The notes: a model not told the origin generated them from the sequence alone. DNA of 64,000 bases from Pseudomonadota bacterium (GCA_023404705.1 JAEYAU010000092.1:7527-71526), one strand, 5' to 3'. Shown: positions 9,983-19,715, counted from the stretch's first letter. Made by a program: numbers and translations.

Positions 9983-10824
9983 CGATTGCGGCCGGAATCG
10001 ACGTCGGCACGGGCGCCGTCAAGGCGGCGCTGTTCCGAGTGAACGGCGACGAGACCGAGTGGCTCTCGCGCGCCACCCTGCGCATCCGCCAGCGCGACCC
10101 CATGGAGCTCGCCCGCGTCGTCTACGACCAGATCCTGGCCGATGCGGGCGTCGCCGAGAAGGACGTGGACTATGTGGCGACGACGGGCGAGGGCGAAGGC
10201 ATCCCGTTCCACACGGGCCACTTCTACTCGATGACGACGCACGCGCGGGGCGCCATCTACCTCGATCCGGAGTCTCGCTCCGCGCTCGACGTCGGCGCCC
10301 TGCACGGCCGCGCCATCGCGATCGACGAGCGCGGCAAGGTGCTGAGCTACAAGATGACCAGCCAATGCGCCTCGGGCTCGGGCCAGTTCCTCGAGAACAT
10401 CGCGCGCTATCTCGGCATCGCCCAGGACGAGATCGGCGCGCTCTCGCGGCAGGCCGACAATCCGGAGGTGGTGAGCAGCATCTGCGCGGTGCTGGCCGAG
10501 ACCGACGTCATAAACATGGTCTCGCGCGGCATCACGGCGCCGAACATCCTCAAGGGCATCCATCTCTCGATGGCGGGCCGGCTCTCCAAGCTGCTCAAGT
10601 CGATCGGCGCCACCACGGGCGTCGTGATGATGACGGGCGGCCTCGCGCTCGACAAAGGCTTGGTCGCGGCGCTGGAGGAGGACATCGCCAAGATGAAGGA
10701 CATGAAGGCGGTGGTGCGCAGCCATCCGGACGCGATTTATGCGGGCGCGATCGGCGCCGCGCTCTGGGGCGCCTACCGCTTCGAAAAGCTCGCTGCGCTC
10801 GACAAGCTGTCAACCGCGGCCTGA
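9979..10824 (+). CDS. bcrD: benzoyl-CoA reductase subunit D (ATP-binding, BcrD/BadG)
   Basis: [19 protein letters not shown]..., with [13 protein letters not shown]. The ATG overlaps the bcrA stop (ATGA). Confidence 0.88.
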   Translation: MTIAAGIDVGTGAVKAALFRVNGDETEWLSRATLRIRQRDPMELARVVYDQILADAGVAEKDVDYVATTGEGEGIPFHTGHFYSMTTHARGAIYLDPESRSALDVGALHGRAIAIDERGKVLSYKMTSQCASGSGQFLENIARYLGIAQDEIGALSRQADNPEVVSSICAVLAETDVINMVSRGITAPNILKGIHLSMAGRLSKLLKSIGATTGVVMMTGGLALDKGLVAALEEDIAKMKDMKAVVRSHPDAIYAGAIGAALWGAYRFEKLAALDKLSTAA

Positions 10825-10835
10825 AGGAGGGACCC

Positions 10836-11081
10836 ATGGCACTGATGATCACCGAAGGCTGCACCGCGTGCGACGCCTGCGAGCCGGTGTGCCCGAACAA
10901 GGCCATCACGGCAGGCGATCCGCTCTACGTCATCGATCCGATGAAGTGCACCGAATGCGTCGGCGCCGAGGAGGAGCCGCAGTGCAAGCTGGTCTGCCCG
11001 GCCGACTGCATCGTTTCCAACCCTGATTGGGTCGAGAGCAACGACGAACTCCTGGCCAAATACCAGCAGCTGCACGCGTGA
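10836..11081 (+). CDS. fdx: 2x[4Fe-4S] ferredoxin (electron donor of benzoyl-CoA reductase)
   Basis: An 81-aa protein, MALMITEGCTACDACEPVCPNKAI...CTECVGAEEEPQCKLVCPADC. The RBS AAGGAGGGA lies upstream. Confidence 0.85.
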   Translation: MALMITEGCTACDACEPVCPNKAITAGDPLYVIDPMKCTECVGAEEEPQCKLVCPADCIVSNPDWVESNDELLAKYQQLHA

Positions 11082-11087
11082 CGCGCC

Positions 11088-11585
11088 ATGTTCACCAACC
11101 GCGTGAGCCAGACGCTGCATGACGAGCATCGCGCGACCGTCGCGCTGATGGAGCGGCTCGAGGGCCTGATCGCGCGCCATGCGCGCGGGCTGCCGGATAC
11201 GAGCGACCGCACGGTGGCGCAACTCCTGGCGGAGCTCGCGACCGCGGTGGAAGCCGATGTGGCGCACCACTTCGACTTCGAGGAGCAGCGGCTGTTCACC
11301 TTTCTCGAGGAGGTCGGCGATGCCGCGATCGGCGCGCATCTGACCGACGAGCATCAGGCGATGCGCCCGCTCGGCGCGCGCGTGGCGGCGCTCGCGCGCG
11401 AGGCGAGCGCCCGCGGTTTCGAGGCCGGGAGCTGGGAGGAATTCCGGCGTGTCGGACAGGAGCTGTGCGAGCGCATGCTGATGCATGTGCAGAAGGAAGA
11501 GATGGCGCTGCTGCCGCTGCTCGAGGAATCGATGGATTCCGAGACCGAGGCGCGGCTCCACCAGGAGTATCTCGAAACCACGTGA
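11088..11585 (+). CDS. hemerythrin HHE cation-binding domain protein
   Basis: It has repeated H/E motifs: LHDEHRAT, HHFDFEEQRLF, LTDEHQAM and HVQKEEMALLP. It starts 7 nt after the fdx stop on the same strand. Confidence 0.7.
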   Translation: MFTNRVSQTLHDEHRATVALMERLEGLIARHARGLPDTSDRTVAQLLAELATAVEADVAHHFDFEEQRLFTFLEEVGDAAIGAHLTDEHQAMRPLGARVAALAREASARGFEAGSWEEFRRVGQELCERMLMHVQKEEMALLPLLEESMDSETEARLHQEYLETT

Positions 11586-11594
11586 GGTGCTGCC

Positions 11595-12086
11595 ATGGAT
11601 TCGCGTCCCACCCCGTCCGATCGCGGCGCGCGCCCGCTCGGCGCGTCCGACATCGAGTGCATCAGCGACATCGATCGCGCGCTGACGGGCCGTCAGCGGC
11701 GCCATTTTTTCGAGAAGCGGCTGGCGGCGGCGGCGCGGCAGCCGGAGGCCTATGTCCATATCGGCATCGCGCGCGGCGGCGCCTTGCGCGGCTTCGCGCT
11801 CGCCCATGTGCTGCGGGGCGAGTTCGGCCGCGCACAGGCGGTCGGCGTGCTCGATGCGCTGGGCGTCGAGCCGCAGAGCCAGGAGCGCGGCGTCGGCCAA
11901 GCGCTGCTGCAGGAGCTTGCCGCCGAGCTGCGCCGCAAGGGCGTGCGCACGCTGCAGTCGGAGGCCGGCTGGGCCAACCACGATCTGACGCGCTTCTTCG
12001 ATGCGTCCGGCTTCGAGCTGGCGCCGCGGATGGCGCTGGAGCGCTCCGTCGCGGAGCCGCTGCGCGAGCCCGTCGAGGAGGTTTGA
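11595..12086 (+). CDS. GNAT family N-acetyltransferase (paralog 1)
   Basis: The acetyl-CoA binding region is LGVEPQSQERGVGQALLQEL. The RBS GAGGTG lies upstream. Confidence 0.7.
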   Translation: MDSRPTPSDRGARPLGASDIECISDIDRALTGRQRRHFFEKRLAAAARQPEAYVHIGIARGGALRGFALAHVLRGEFGRAQAVGVLDALGVEPQSQERGVGQALLQELAAELRRKGVRTLQSEAGWANHDLTRFFDASGFELAPRMALERSVAEPLREPVEEV

Positions 12087-12089
12087 GCC

Positions 12090-12635
12090 ATGGCAAGGAA
12101 GACCAGCATGACGATCCCGCAGCGCGCCGGCGAGGGGACGGAAGTGAACTACGGCCAGCCTGCGGCGCCTGATTTCGGGCCGTTGGCTCGCGACCGCATC
12201 CCGGTGCGCAGCATGACCGAACGAGACTTGTACGCGCTGGTCGCGATCGATCGCCGCATCACGGGACGGAACCGCTCGGAGTATTTCGCGCGCCGGCTCG
12301 AGGAGGCGCTCTACGACAGCGACGTGCGCGTCTCGCTGGTAGCCGAGATGGACGGCGTGCCGGTGGGCTTCATCATGGCGCGCGTCGATCTCGGCGAATT
12401 CGGCCGCGTCGAGGCGACCGCCGTGATGGACACGATCGGTGTCGACCCCGACTACCGCGGCCGGGGCGTCGGGCGCGCGCTGCTCTCGCAGCTCCTCGTC
12501 AATCTGGCGACACTGCGGGTGGAGCGCATCCGCACCGAGGTGGACTGGGACGATCGCGCGCTGGCCGCTTTCCTGGACCATTGCGGCTTCCGGCCCTCGC
12601 AGCGGCTCTGCTTCGACCTCGCACTCGCGTCGTGA
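12090..12635 (+). CDS. GNAT family N-acetyltransferase (paralog 2)
   Basis: IGVDPDYRGRGVGRALLSQL. It aligns with paralog 1 (GEFGR..A..V.D..GV.P). The RBS GAGGAGG lies 9 nt upstream of the ATG at 12090. Confidence 0.7.
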   Translation: MARKTSMTIPQRAGEGTEVNYGQPAAPDFGPLARDRIPVRSMTERDLYALVAIDRRITGRNRSEYFARRLEEALYDSDVRVSLVAEMDGVPVGFIMARVDLGEFGRVEATAVMDTIGVDPDYRGRGVGRALLSQLLVNLATLRVERIRTEVDWDDRALAAFLDHCGFRPSQRLCFDLALAS

Positions 12636-12666
12636 GCGAGGCGCCGCTTCCGGACGGGAGTGCTTT

Positions 12667-12797
12667 GTAGGGTGTGCTCGGCGGCCCGAGAGCTGCAGTC
12701 ATGTGAGGCGCAAGCATCCGCCGAGCGCACGCGTGCGCTCAGCGCGATCGAAATCATTGCCCAACCGAACGGCCTAGGCGCGCTGAGCACACCCTAC
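12667..12797 (-). repeat. MITE/REP-like palindromic element, copy 1 (terminal inverted repeats GTAGGGTGTGCTCrGCG)
   Basis: On the minus strand both copies (this one and 54233..54395) begin GTAGGGTGTGCTC[A/G]GCGCGCC[T/G]AGGC and share an internal GAGCGCACGCG block. Both lie between convergent genes. Confidence 0.6.
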
Positions 12798-12805
12798 AGC
12801 ACTCT

Positions 12806-14077
12806 CTAGGCGCGTTGCGCCGCGACAACGCGGCCGAGGATGCGCGCCGCGAAACCCGCGAAGGCGAGCGCGCCGACGAGGCCGATCGCACTGCCGGCCT
12901 GCGCCAGCCAGACGGTGTCGCTCGCAATTCCCGCGAGCAGCAGCGCCATGCCGAGCCCATGACAGAGCGCATGCAGCCGGAGCGGCTCGGAGGCCGCGAT
13001 CTCGGACATCATCATGGGCGCGCCGCTCTTGGCCGTGTGCATGGAGGCGAGGAACGGCAGGATCCGCTGCAGCACCCCCATCAGGAAGGTGAGCAGCCAG
13101 CCGCCGATCAGCAGGGCGCCGAAGAGCGTCGCGCCGTTCGGGCCTGCCTTGCCATAAAGCGCCGCCAGGCCGGTGAGCACCGTGAGGGGCAGCATCAGCC
13201 AGGAGGCGCGGATCAGCACGAAGGAGAGGCCAAGGCGCTTGCGCATACCCGTCGCGAGTGTGCGGTACATCAGCCAGAGATGGGTGGCGGCCGCCGCGAG
13301 GCCGAGCAGGCCCGCGAGCGTGAGCCCGATGCGGTCGCCGAAGAGGGCGCTCGCGCCGCCGAGCGTCACGGCCGCGGCCGCCAGGGCAAAGCCCAAATAC
13401 GAAACCTGCGGCGACGGGTTCGAGGAGAGCGCGAACATCGGCACCAGCACATGGCTGAAGCCGAGCACCAGCAGCCCCATGAAGCCAAACCCGCCCATGA
13501 TCATGTGGGCGAGGCCGATGCCCGCGTGGTCGGGCAGCCAGCCGCGGTCGTAGTTCGATGCGAGCGCGAGGCCGAGACCAAGCAGCACGACCAGAGCCGC
13601 GAGCGCGGCCCAGCCATAGGCCGCGACGACCGGCATGTTGGAGGCGCGGCGCAGGTTGTCGGCCGTGACGACCGCGAACACCAGCAAGCCTGCGCTGGTG
13701 AGGACCGCTGCGGGCAGCAGCAGCGGGATCCAGGCGAGATACATGCCAGTGACGAGCGCCAGGAGGCCCGGGACCGTGAGCCAGAACACCAGGCGGATCG
13801 GCCAGACGGCCGCGAGCGCGCGTCGCGTCGCGACGGGAAGGAGCTGCGCCGACGCGCCGATCGCCACGGTGGTCATGACGCCGAGAGTCAACAGATGGAT
13901 CGCGCTGAGTGCCGGCCCGAGGCCGCCGCGGAAGCTCACGGCCTGACTCGCAGCGACCAGCAGGGCGAGCCACATCAGCACGTGAAACAATGCGCCTGCG
14001 GCGAAGAACCCGAACGGGATCGCGGCCGGCAGCAGCCGGCCCTTGGCGCCGGCGAGGAAGCTCGCGGCCGTGCTCAT
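12806..14077 (-). CDS. polytopic (about 12 TM) His-rich integral membrane protein, family unknown
   Basis: ATG at 14077 (MSTAASFLAGAKGR...) within ORF 12806..14341, overlapping the stop of the upstream DUF2249 gene (ATGA). The sequence is uniformly hydrophobic with GC3-rich codons. Confidence 0.65.
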   Translation of the reverse strand: MSTAASFLAGAKGRLLPAAIPFGFFAAGALFHVLMWLALLVAASQAVSFRGGLGPALSAIHLLTLGVMTTVAIGASAQLLPVATRRALAAVWPIRLVFWLTVPGLLALVTGMYLAWIPLLLPAAVLTSAGLLVFAVVTADNLRRASNMPVVAAYGWAALAALVVLLGLGLALASNYDRGWLPDHAGIGLAHMIMGGFGFMGLLVLGFSHVLVPMFALSSNPSPQVSYLGFALAAAAVTLGGASALFGDRIGLTLAGLLGLAAAATHLWLMYRTLATGMRKRLGLSFVLIRASWLMLPLTVLTGLAALYGKAGPNGATLFGALLIGGWLLTFLMGVLQRILPFLASMHTAKSGAPMMMSEIAASEPLRLHALCHGLGMALLLAGIASDTVWLAQAGSAIGLVGALAFAGFAARILGRVVAAQRA

Positions 14078-14355
14078 GGCGCAAGCCGCACGAGACGGAG
14101 CTGGACGTCGCCGCAATGGGAGCCGCACGAGCTCTCCACGATCTCGTGGGCCCAGCCGCGGTCGTCGAGCTCCGGGTAGAGGAAGATCGGCTCGCGATCG
14201 AGATGCGCGATCAGCGCCGTGTCGACCTGGCCGCTGTCGATCAACGAGAGGATCGCGACCATGGGCTCGGGCGGCTGCAGGTCGCGCACGTCGATATGGA
14301 TGGCATCCGGCGTGCGCCACACGCGCTCGCCCTTCTCGCACCCCATGCAGGACAT
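14074..14355 (-). CDS. DUF2249 domain protein
   Basis: MSCMGCEKGERVWRTPDAIHIDVRDLQPPEPMVAILSLIDSGQ...LDREPIFLYPELDDRGW matches my recollection of the DUF2249 core (L.PPEPM....L...REP..LYP.L..RG). The RBS GGAGAA lies 7 nt upstream. Confidence 0.6.
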   Translation of the reverse strand: MSCMGCEKGERVWRTPDAIHIDVRDLQPPEPMVAILSLIDSGQVDTALIAHLDREPIFLYPELDDRGWAHEIVESSCGSHCGDVQLRLVRLAP

Positions 14356-14416
14356 GGTGTGGTTCTCCGTGGGGGCGAGGGGGTACCGCCTCAGTACTAG
14401 GCCGAAGCGGCGTTTT

Positions 14417-14438
14417 GCATATTTTAGTACTACAATGC
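14417..14438 (-). promoter_or_regulatory. conserved motif copy 3 (reverse strand GCATTgtaGTACTaAAATATGC), itself near-palindromic
   Basis: It matches 3004..3023 at 16 of 20 positions. It lies in the AT-rich divergent region between DUF2249 (ATG 14355) and the GNAT-Rrf2 pair. Confidence 0.35.
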
Positions 14439-14515
14439 CGATATTACGACTAGGGTGCTTTGCGGATATGCCGCGGACCCCGCTGCCGGGTCCCGGCGGC
14501 TTGCCGGCGAAGGGC

Positions 14516-14974
14516 ATGGCGGAAGACCAGGCGATCAGGATCAGGCGGGTCAAGACGGCCGACGTGCCGCAGATCATCGCGCTCGACGCGCGGGTGACGC
14601 GGCTCGCCAAGCCGGACTATTGGCGCGACCTGTTCGCGCGCTACGGCAGGCGCCGGCTCGGCGAGCGCTTCTTCCTGATCGCGGAGGCCGGCAAGCCGGC
14701 GGCGCTTCTCGGCTTCATCATCGGCGAGGTACGCGCCTGGGAGTTCGGCTCGGCACCGTGCGGCTGGGTGTTCGGGCTCTCGGTTGATCCGGATGCGCGG
14801 CTGCGGGGCGTGGGCGAAGCCTTGTTCGAGGCGGTCTCGGCCGAGTTCCGCAAGGCCGGCATGGACAAGATGCGCACCATGGTGGCCCGGGACGATCTTC
14901 TGCCGCTGCGCTTCTTCCGCGGCGAGGGGATGATGGCCGGGCCCTATATCCAGCTCGAGAAGGATCTCGAATGA
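14516..14974 (+). CDS. GNAT family N-acetyltransferase (paralog 3, BadL-like position next to an Rrf2 regulator)
   Basis: MAEDQAIRIRRVKTADVPQIIALD...LSVDPDARLRGVGEALFEAV. An alternative in-frame ATG at 14468 has no obvious RBS. Confidence 0.65.
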   Translation: MAEDQAIRIRRVKTADVPQIIALDARVTRLAKPDYWRDLFARYGRRRLGERFFLIAEAGKPAALLGFIIGEVRAWEFGSAPCGWVFGLSVDPDARLRGVGEALFEAVSAEFRKAGMDKMRTMVARDDLLPLRFFRGEGMMAGPYIQLEKDLE

Positions 14975-14984
14975 GGGCGGCGCG

Positions 14985-15422
14985 ATGAGACTGCAGATCT
15001 CCAGCCAGCTCGCAGTGTTCGCGGTGCTCGAGCTCTCGGCTGCGCCTGAGCGCCAGCTCTCGGTCGCCGAGATCGGCGACAAGTACGGCATCTCGAGTCA
15101 TCACCTCGCCAAGGTGATGCACGTGCTCGGCCGAGCCGGGCTGGTGCGCGCGGTGCGCGGTGCGCGCGGCGGCTATCAGTTCAGCGGCAATGCCCGCCGC
15201 GTCACGCTGCTCGACGTGATCCAGCTGTTCGAGGACCTGGGATCAGCGGACGCCGAGGCGGCGGGCAACGGCACCGACGAAGCTCGCGCGTTGCGCCAGG
15301 TGCTCGGCGAGGTGGACGCCATCGCGCGCGCGACGCTCGGCTCCATCACGCTCGCGACCATGCGCAAGATCGTCGAGCGGCAGCAGGCGCAGCCGGTCCG
15401 GCGCGCTCGGCGCGCGGGCTGA
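14985..15422 (+). CDS. Rrf2 family transcriptional regulator without cysteines (BadM-like)
   Basis: MRLQISSQLAVFAVLELS...LSVAEIGDKYGISSHHLAKVMHVLGRAGLVRAVRGARGGY is a canonical Rrf2 winged-helix N-terminus. The whole 145-aa protein contains no Cys. Confidence 0.8.
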   Translation: MRLQISSQLAVFAVLELSAAPERQLSVAEIGDKYGISSHHLAKVMHVLGRAGLVRAVRGARGGYQFSGNARRVTLLDVIQLFEDLGSADAEAAGNGTDEARALRQVLGEVDAIARATLGSITLATMRKIVERQQAQPVRRARRAG

Positions 15423-15431
15423 CATTTCGGC

Positions 15432-15445
15432 TTGATCCGGATCAA
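15432..15445. promoter_or_regulatory. perfect FNR-type box TTGAT-ccgg-ATCAA upstream of gcdH
   Basis: It matches the consensus exactly and is centred 74 nt upstream of the gcdH ATG. That is compatible with a class II (-41.5) promoter and a ~33-nt leader. Confidence 0.65.
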
Positions 15446-15512
15446 GCACGCGAGGCATGCGTGCGCTTACGTTGCTGCATGCGCGATTGCGCGCCGTGCA
15501 GCGAGGTCGGAC

Positions 15513-16733
15513 ATGAGCCAGCAAGCCGTCGAAATGCGCCCGCATGCGCCAGCCTCGCTGAAGGACGCGAGCTTCTCCTGGGACGATCCGCTCGATCTCG
15601 ACGGCGAGCTCAGCGAGGACGAGCGCATGGTGCGCGACACGGCGCAGGGCTATGCGCAGGACAGGCTGATGCCGCGCGTGCTCGATGCTTATCGGAGTGA
15701 GACCTTCGAGCGTGCGATCATGCGCGAGATGGGCGAGCTCGGGCTGCTCGGGGCGACGATCCCCGAGACCTATGGGGGTGCCGGGCTCGGCTATGTGGCC
15801 TATGGTCTGATCGCGCGCGAGGTCGAGCGTGTCGATTCCGGATATCGCTCGGCCATGTCGGTGCAGTCCTCGCTGGTGATGCACCCGATCTACGCCTACG
15901 GCTCCGAGGCGCAGCGCCGCAAGTATCTGCCGAAGCTCGCAAGCGGCGAGCTCGTCGGCTGCTTCGGCCTCACCGAACCGGACCACGGCTCCGATCCCGG
16001 CAGCATGGTGACGCGCGCCGAGCGGGTCGCCGGCGGCTATCGTCTCACGGGCGCCAAAATGTGGATCACCAACGCGCCGATCGCCGACCTCGCGATCGTG
16101 TGGGGGAAGCTCGACGGCAAGATCCGCGGCTTCATCGTCGAGCGCGGCACCAAGGGCTTCTCGACGCCGAAGATCGAGGGCAAGCTCTCGCTGCGGGCGT
16201 CGATCACGGGTGAGATCGTGCTCGATGAAGCCGTGGTGCCGGAGGATGCGCTGCTGCCGAATGTGTCGGGGCTGTCGGGCCCGTTCGGCTGTCTCAACAT
16301 GGCGCGCTACGGCATCGCCTGGGGCGCCATGGGCGCGGCCGAGTTCAGCTGGCATCGCGCGCGGCAATACGTGCTCGATCGCAAGCAGTTCGGCCGTCCG
16401 CTCGCCGCCAATCAATTGGTGCAGAAGAAGCTCGCCGACATGCAGACCGAGATCGCGCTCGGCCTCGCGGGTGCGTTGCGCTTGGGTCGACTGATCGAAG
16501 CCGGAAAAGCCGCGCCCGCCATGATCTCCCTGATGAAGCGCAACAACTGCGGCAAGGCGCTCGACATCGCCCGGACGGCACGCGACATGCACGGCGGCAA
16601 CGGTATCTCGGACGAATTCCACGTCATGCGCGTGATGTGCAACCTCGAGACCGTCAACACCTATGAGGGCACGCACGACGTCCACGCGCTGATCCTCGGC
16701 CGCGCGCAGACCGGCATCCAGGCGTTTTTCTGA
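15513..16733 (+). CDS. gcdH: glutaryl-CoA dehydrogenase
   Basis: ATG at 15513 ([10 protein letters not shown]...) in ORF 15432..16733. It is an acyl-CoA dehydrogenase with GcdH-type blocks ([37 protein letters not shown]). Confidence 0.88.
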   Translation: MSQQAVEMRPHAPASLKDASFSWDDPLDLDGELSEDERMVRDTAQGYAQDRLMPRVLDAYRSETFERAIMREMGELGLLGATIPETYGGAGLGYVAYGLIAREVERVDSGYRSAMSVQSSLVMHPIYAYGSEAQRRKYLPKLASGELVGCFGLTEPDHGSDPGSMVTRAERVAGGYRLTGAKMWITNAPIADLAIVWGKLDGKIRGFIVERGTKGFSTPKIEGKLSLRASITGEIVLDEAVVPEDALLPNVSGLSGPFGCLNMARYGIAWGAMGAAEFSWHRARQYVLDRKQFGRPLAANQLVQKKLADMQTEIALGLAGALRLGRLIEAGKAAPAMISLMKRNNCGKALDIARTARDMHGGNGISDEFHVMRVMCNLETVNTYEGTHDVHALILGRAQTGIQAFF

Positions 16734-16778
16734 CCCGCGGCACGCCGAAGGCACGGCCGCAGCCCGCGTGGGCGGAGC

Positions 16779-16792
16779 TTGATTTCGATCAG
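16779..16792. promoter_or_regulatory. FNR-type box TTGAT-ttcg-ATCAG
   Basis: It has one mismatch and is centred 107 nt upstream of the ligase ATG at 16893. Confidence 0.45.
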
Positions 16793-16834
16793 GTACAGCA
16801 GTCTGGAGCAGTGCTAATTCAAGAAAAAAGAAAA

Positions 16835-16855
16835 GAGCATTGCGGTACTGAATTA
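16835..16855. promoter_or_regulatory. conserved motif copy 2 AGCATTgcgGTACTgAATTAC
   Basis: It matches 3003..3023 at 17 of 21 positions. If the adjacent box acts at -41.5, the motif lies about +8 to +28 from the start site, a repressor-like position. Confidence 0.4.
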
Positions 16856-16892
16856 CACATAACCGATCTGCAGGCGAAAGAGGGATGCAGCC

Positions 16893-18514
<1,622 letters not shown>

Positions 18515-18518
<4 letters not shown>

Positions 18519-19705
18519 TGACCACACTTTCACGCCGCCACTTTCTCGCCACCTCGAGCGCGGCAGGCATGGCCGCGGCCACGCTGCCGGCACGCTTCGC
18601 GATCGGCCAGAACGCCAAGGTTCGCGTCGGCCTGCTGCTCCCGTATAGCGGCACTTACGCGGCGCTCGGCCACAACATCACGGATGCGATGAAGCTCGCT
18701 TTCGCGGCCGCCGGCAACAAACTGGGCGGGCGCGAGATCGAGCTCGTGCAGGTCGACAGCGAAGCCGACCCCGCCAAGGCGCCCGCGAACACCAACAAGC
18801 TGATCGTCGGCGAGAAGGTCGACTTCATCACGGGCCCGGTGCATTCCGGCGTCGCCATGGCGATGGTCAAGATCGCGCGCGAGGAGGGCACGATCGCGGT
18901 CGTCTCCAATGCGGGCGCCAATGCGGTGACGCGCGAGATGTGCGCGCCCAACATCTTCCGCACCTCGTTCAGCAACTGGCAGGTGTGCTACCCGATGGGC
19001 GCCGAGATGGCGCGGCGCGGTCTCAAGCGCGTGGTGTCGGTGACCTGGAACTACGCGGCCGGCAAGGAGATGGTCGGTGCTTTCCGGGAAGGCTTCGAGA
19101 AGGCCGGTGGATCGGTCGTCAAGGAGATCCTGGTTCCGTTCCCGAACGTCGAATTCCAGGCGAACCTCACCGAGATCGCGGCGCTCAAGCCAGACGCGGT
19201 CTATGCGTTCTTCGCGGGCGCCGGCGCCGTGAAGTTCGTCAAGGACTATGCGGACTCGGGCCTCAAGGCGCGTGTCCCGCTCTACGGCGCGGGGTTCCTG
19301 ACCGACGGCACGCTGCGCGCGCAGGGTGCTGCGGCCGAGGGCCTGTTCACGACGCTGCACTACGCCGACAGTCTCGACACGGCGGTCAACCGCAGCTTCC
19401 GCGATGCCTTCAAGAAGGCCACCAGCCGCGACGCCGATGTGTATGCGGTGCAGGGCTACGACACGGCTCAGCTTCTGATCCAGGCCATGGCCAAGGTGCA
19501 GGGCGATACCAAGGCCACGAAGGCGCTGATCGCCGCGATGGAAGCCGTGCGCTTCGACAGTCCGCGCGGGCCCTGGACCTTCTCGAAGTCGCACAATCCC
19601 GTGCAAGACGTCTATCTGCGCGAGGTGAAGAACGGCGACAACGCCGTGATCGGCGTTGCCGAAAAGGCGGTGGCGGATCCCGCCAAGGGCTGCGGCGTCG
19701 CCTGA
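18515..19705 (+). CDS. ABC transporter substrate-binding protein (LivK/branched-chain type fold; probable aromatic-acid binding), Tat-like signal
   Basis: MMTTLSRRHFLATSSAAGMAAATLPARFAIG is followed by a type I periplasmic binding fold. It lies between the ligase and the permeases. Confidence 0.82.
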
Positions 19706-19715
19706 TCGCACTCCG

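Noticed and set aside
12806-14077. Calling the two unknown polytopic membrane proteins (12806..14077 and 32947..34089) NnrS family.
   Set aside because: The context (DUF2249, hemerythrins, FNR-type boxes) fits. However, I could not find the NnrS hallmarks I remember (WH.HE..FG and GHTGR-type motifs). I left them as unknown family.
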